A program made the position numbers and the translations under genes. A stretch of 64,000 nt of DNA from Octopus sinensis. Lineage: Eukaryota. Positions within the stretch are counted from its first letter, which is position 1. Every line of letters starts with the position of its first letter. The notes beneath the pieces were generated by a model. The model was not told the DNA's origin, did not search any database, and was given only the letters and a program-made list of their open reading frames with translations. This document shows, in pieces, positions 61,246-64,000 of the stretch. The DNA lies in NCBI RefSeq assembly GCF_006345805.1, contig NC_043002.1, positions 82,398,001 through 82,462,000 of the forward strand. Direction: 5' to 3'.

Positions 61246-61767
61246 AAATTATAAGATGACAAAGAAAACTCTTCAACACATCTCATGGCCAGTCAGTACA
61301 AACAGTTCCACTGGTACTAAAATTCGTCTGATGGGTGAAAATTTATTTGACCACCAGACGATCTTCACCAGTGACAACGGAAAATAGGAAAAATTATAAA
61401 ATAGATAACGTGACAATTACCATGGAACCAAATAATGAAGATATTTATGATGTTTGTGGTGGGGGAGTTGTGTGGTCTGCAGTAGTGTAGCATAAATCAC
61501 CTCCCAGCAAACATCATGACCTAGGAGTGTGCAGGCAAGGGTAAAGAGAAACAAAAAGAATGTGAATTATATTGTATGTATGTGTATGTATATATGTATA
61601 TAAAGGACAATGGGTAAAGGCACCCTTAGGTCACGAATGACCATGGGATTGCATGGAGAAATTTTTCCTAAGTAGATGTCCAGGTAAGATTCTACATATT
61701 TATGGACATATGTACATAGGCTAATTCACCCATAATACACCAACAAAACAATCACTTATATGTTTCC

Positions 61768-61810
<43 letters not shown>

Positions 61811-62039
61811 AAGGACAATAGCCATGAATGACCATGGGATTGCATCAAGAAACTTCTTAGAGACAGATGTCCAGCTAAGGTTCTTTTTTGGGAAGCCCAG
61901 CAGTCACCCACGCATACGAAGAAATATAACTCTTAACTTATCCCCCGCTCGATTCGTTTCATCATGTCTTTCCCCGTGACCACAAACCCGATTGCTCTAT
62001 TCAGTCACCATATTTTATTCCATAAGAACTGTCGCTGAA

Positions 62040-62396
62040 GAGCGCACGGTTACATTTTCAGACGAAGCTGCAGTGTACAGAAGGTGTGGGTAGCCTTGTT
62101 CTGCTGCACTCAGAAGGCAGTGGACAAAGAGGACCAAGAGAAAGTCAAAAACTTGAAGAGATTCTGAAGGTTACGTACACGGACGGGTCGCCCACGTGGA
62201 AAGTAAGCCCGAGAGTCTCAGAGCAGCACGGTTCATGGACAAATACTTTAGATATCGCCTTCCGTACATGCTTAGGGAATGCACAGATTCAAAGCAAATG
62301 GTGGTGTATTAACGATGTGGCCAACCTGGGCACATAGCGAAGTATTGCATGCAGGGAAATGAGGGGAGGGAAATTATTGCGCCAATTATTTCCCCG
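62040..62396 (+). pseudogene. LTR-retrotransposon gag relic with a zinc knuckle
   Basis: VY*RCGQPGHIAKYCMQGNE is a decayed CX2CX4HX4C followed by a QGN motif. Confidence 0.5.
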
Positions 62397-62405
62397 TAAA
62401 ACCCC

Positions 62406-62821
62406 GGTACTACTTAAGAAGAGCGGTCCCGGTGCGCGCACACGCGCATCGGAGCTAGCTAGTCGTGACTAGTCGATCCTACAACGACTATCTAGCGTAG
62501 TATAAAAACACAAAATAATTTTTTTACACAAATAAATAATTTTTTGGCGTAACTTCGGTATAAATACTAGAAATACCGGATACATTTCAAGAAAGTGTTT
62601 TTTTTATATATATGGGTGGTTAGGGTTAGTGATGGGAGAAAAGGGTTCCTGTTATATTCAGAAATGTAAACAAAACACTTCCGGTACTTATACCGAAGGA
62701 TCGCCTAATTGTTTTTAAACAAAGTAAACAAAACACAAAGGATCGACTAGTCATGACTATCAAGTGCAGATGCACGAGTACGGGAGTGCGCGCACCGAGA
62801 CCACTCTTCTTAAGTAGTACC
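62406..62821. mobile_element. Chimeric GGTACTAC MITE (left flank of copy X, right flank of copy Y)
   Basis: Left flank TAAAACCCC (62397-62405), right flank GAGGAGCAG (62822-62830). Confidence 0.85.
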
Positions 62822-62830
62822 GAGGAGCAG

Positions 62831-63262
62831 TTATCGTGAAATCCGGGTGGAGTAAAGGGGAAGGAAAATGACCGGAAAGGAGAGGAAGTGAACTCAGGAA
62901 TCAACAGAAAGGGCCACGAAAATGACGTCACGTCAGGAAGAGACAGGTTAAAGACGTCATCTTCCATCCAGGATCAGCAACGCGGTTAATTCGTGTGCTG
63001 GAAACGTTTGCAGAGTAGAATATGAGTCGATTTTGTTAAAATAATCTGGAGAAAATTTGAAAAAATGTTGAGGGAAGTTGTTGATAGAAAAGAACAAAGG
63101 AAAACCCTGGAACGAACCGCCATCTATTGGGGAATTAAAGAAAGACAATCATATCAAGGGAAATAACTTCTACAACACCTCAACCTCGGTTCTTTTCAAT
63201 TATTAATTAAGGTGCTTAATTACTGATCACTGACTCGCAGTTTATATCCGAATACGGTAAGT
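62831..63262 (+). promoter_or_regulatory. Putative promoter and exon 1 of ZNF unit C (coding exon expected beyond the window)
   Basis: Near-identical to 22341-22772, with donor ACG|GTAAGT at 63257. Confidence 0.55.
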
Positions 63263-64000
63263 TGACAAAGATTTACTTTAAGGCGGTAATAGTGATAATA
63301 CTACTACTAATAATAATGTAAATAATAGAATTATGTGAACCTCTCGATGTCACAGTAATTATTTTTCGAAGCGAAAACGTAACAACAGGAAAATATATTT
63401 CTTCGACTTAAATAATAACTTTGAAACTGAAATGTTGATTTGTTCATTATGAAATACTATGACCGACTGTTACATGTGATAGAACTGAAATTAATTGGTA
63501 TAATGAGAATAAAACAGCGTAATTAATTAGTAAAATGTGAGGAGTCCACACTAATACATGTTATGTTGTTTATGAGGCATTGATAAAAAGGTAAGTTGAT
63601 AAAGATTTACTGTAATGTTATATTAATAATCGTAATGATGATGATGATTTCAAAACTGGCCCAGGGTCAGCAATCTTTAATACGAGCGATAAGTCGATCG
63701 CATGGGTCCCGGTTTTTTTCCGAAAGAGATGAAAGACAAAGTCGATCTCATCCGTATTTGAACTCAGGACTTTCCACCAAGGTTGGCTTTGTATTTCATT
63801 CCATTCCGTGTGAAGAAAATAATAATTATGATGATGATAATAGTAACTTTTTGATAATTAAAACAATAACCTTTCGTGCTTTTGACCTGAAAATTGGCGG
63901 GAGGGCATAAGTGAATTACATAGACCCTAGTACTTGATTGCTTGTAATTTTTTCTACCTGGAAATGATGAAAGGCGACCTTGATGTGATTTGAACTTTGA

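Overview
Eukaryotic, AT-rich, repeat-dense DNA. By inference from the [10 protein letters not shown]-type C2H2 arrays, the SINE and RTE tails and the (TA)n tracts, it is most likely a coleoid cephalopod (Octopus-like). No prokaryotic operon, rRNA, true tRNA gene or CRISPR array is supported. The backbone is a cluster of duplicated C2H2 zinc-finger gene units, each made of a promoter, a putative non-coding exon 1, an intron and a single ZNF coding exon: ZNF1 at 15.5 kb (9 fingers), ZNF2 at 46.8 kb (frameshifted), ZNF3 at 53.6 kb (23 fingers), and a further unit starting near 62.8 kb. The window also holds a five-exon GMEB-like SAND-domain gene (27.2-39.0 kb). Mobile elements include three Penelope-like retroelements, minimal hammerhead ribozyme motifs, RTE LINEs, two mariners, Merlin/IS1595-like elements and MITEs, hAT MITEs, Helitrons, a solo LTR and a Crypton-like relic. 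The most notable structure is a block of about 22.3 kb (22992-45262) bounded by inverted Merlin-family termini. Comparison with a paralogous unit at 63.7-63.9 kb places this block inside intron 1 of one ZNF gene. It carries all five identified SAND exons, the last of which has an in-frame TAG just before a good splice donor. All family assignments come from motif recognition by eye; no database searches were run.
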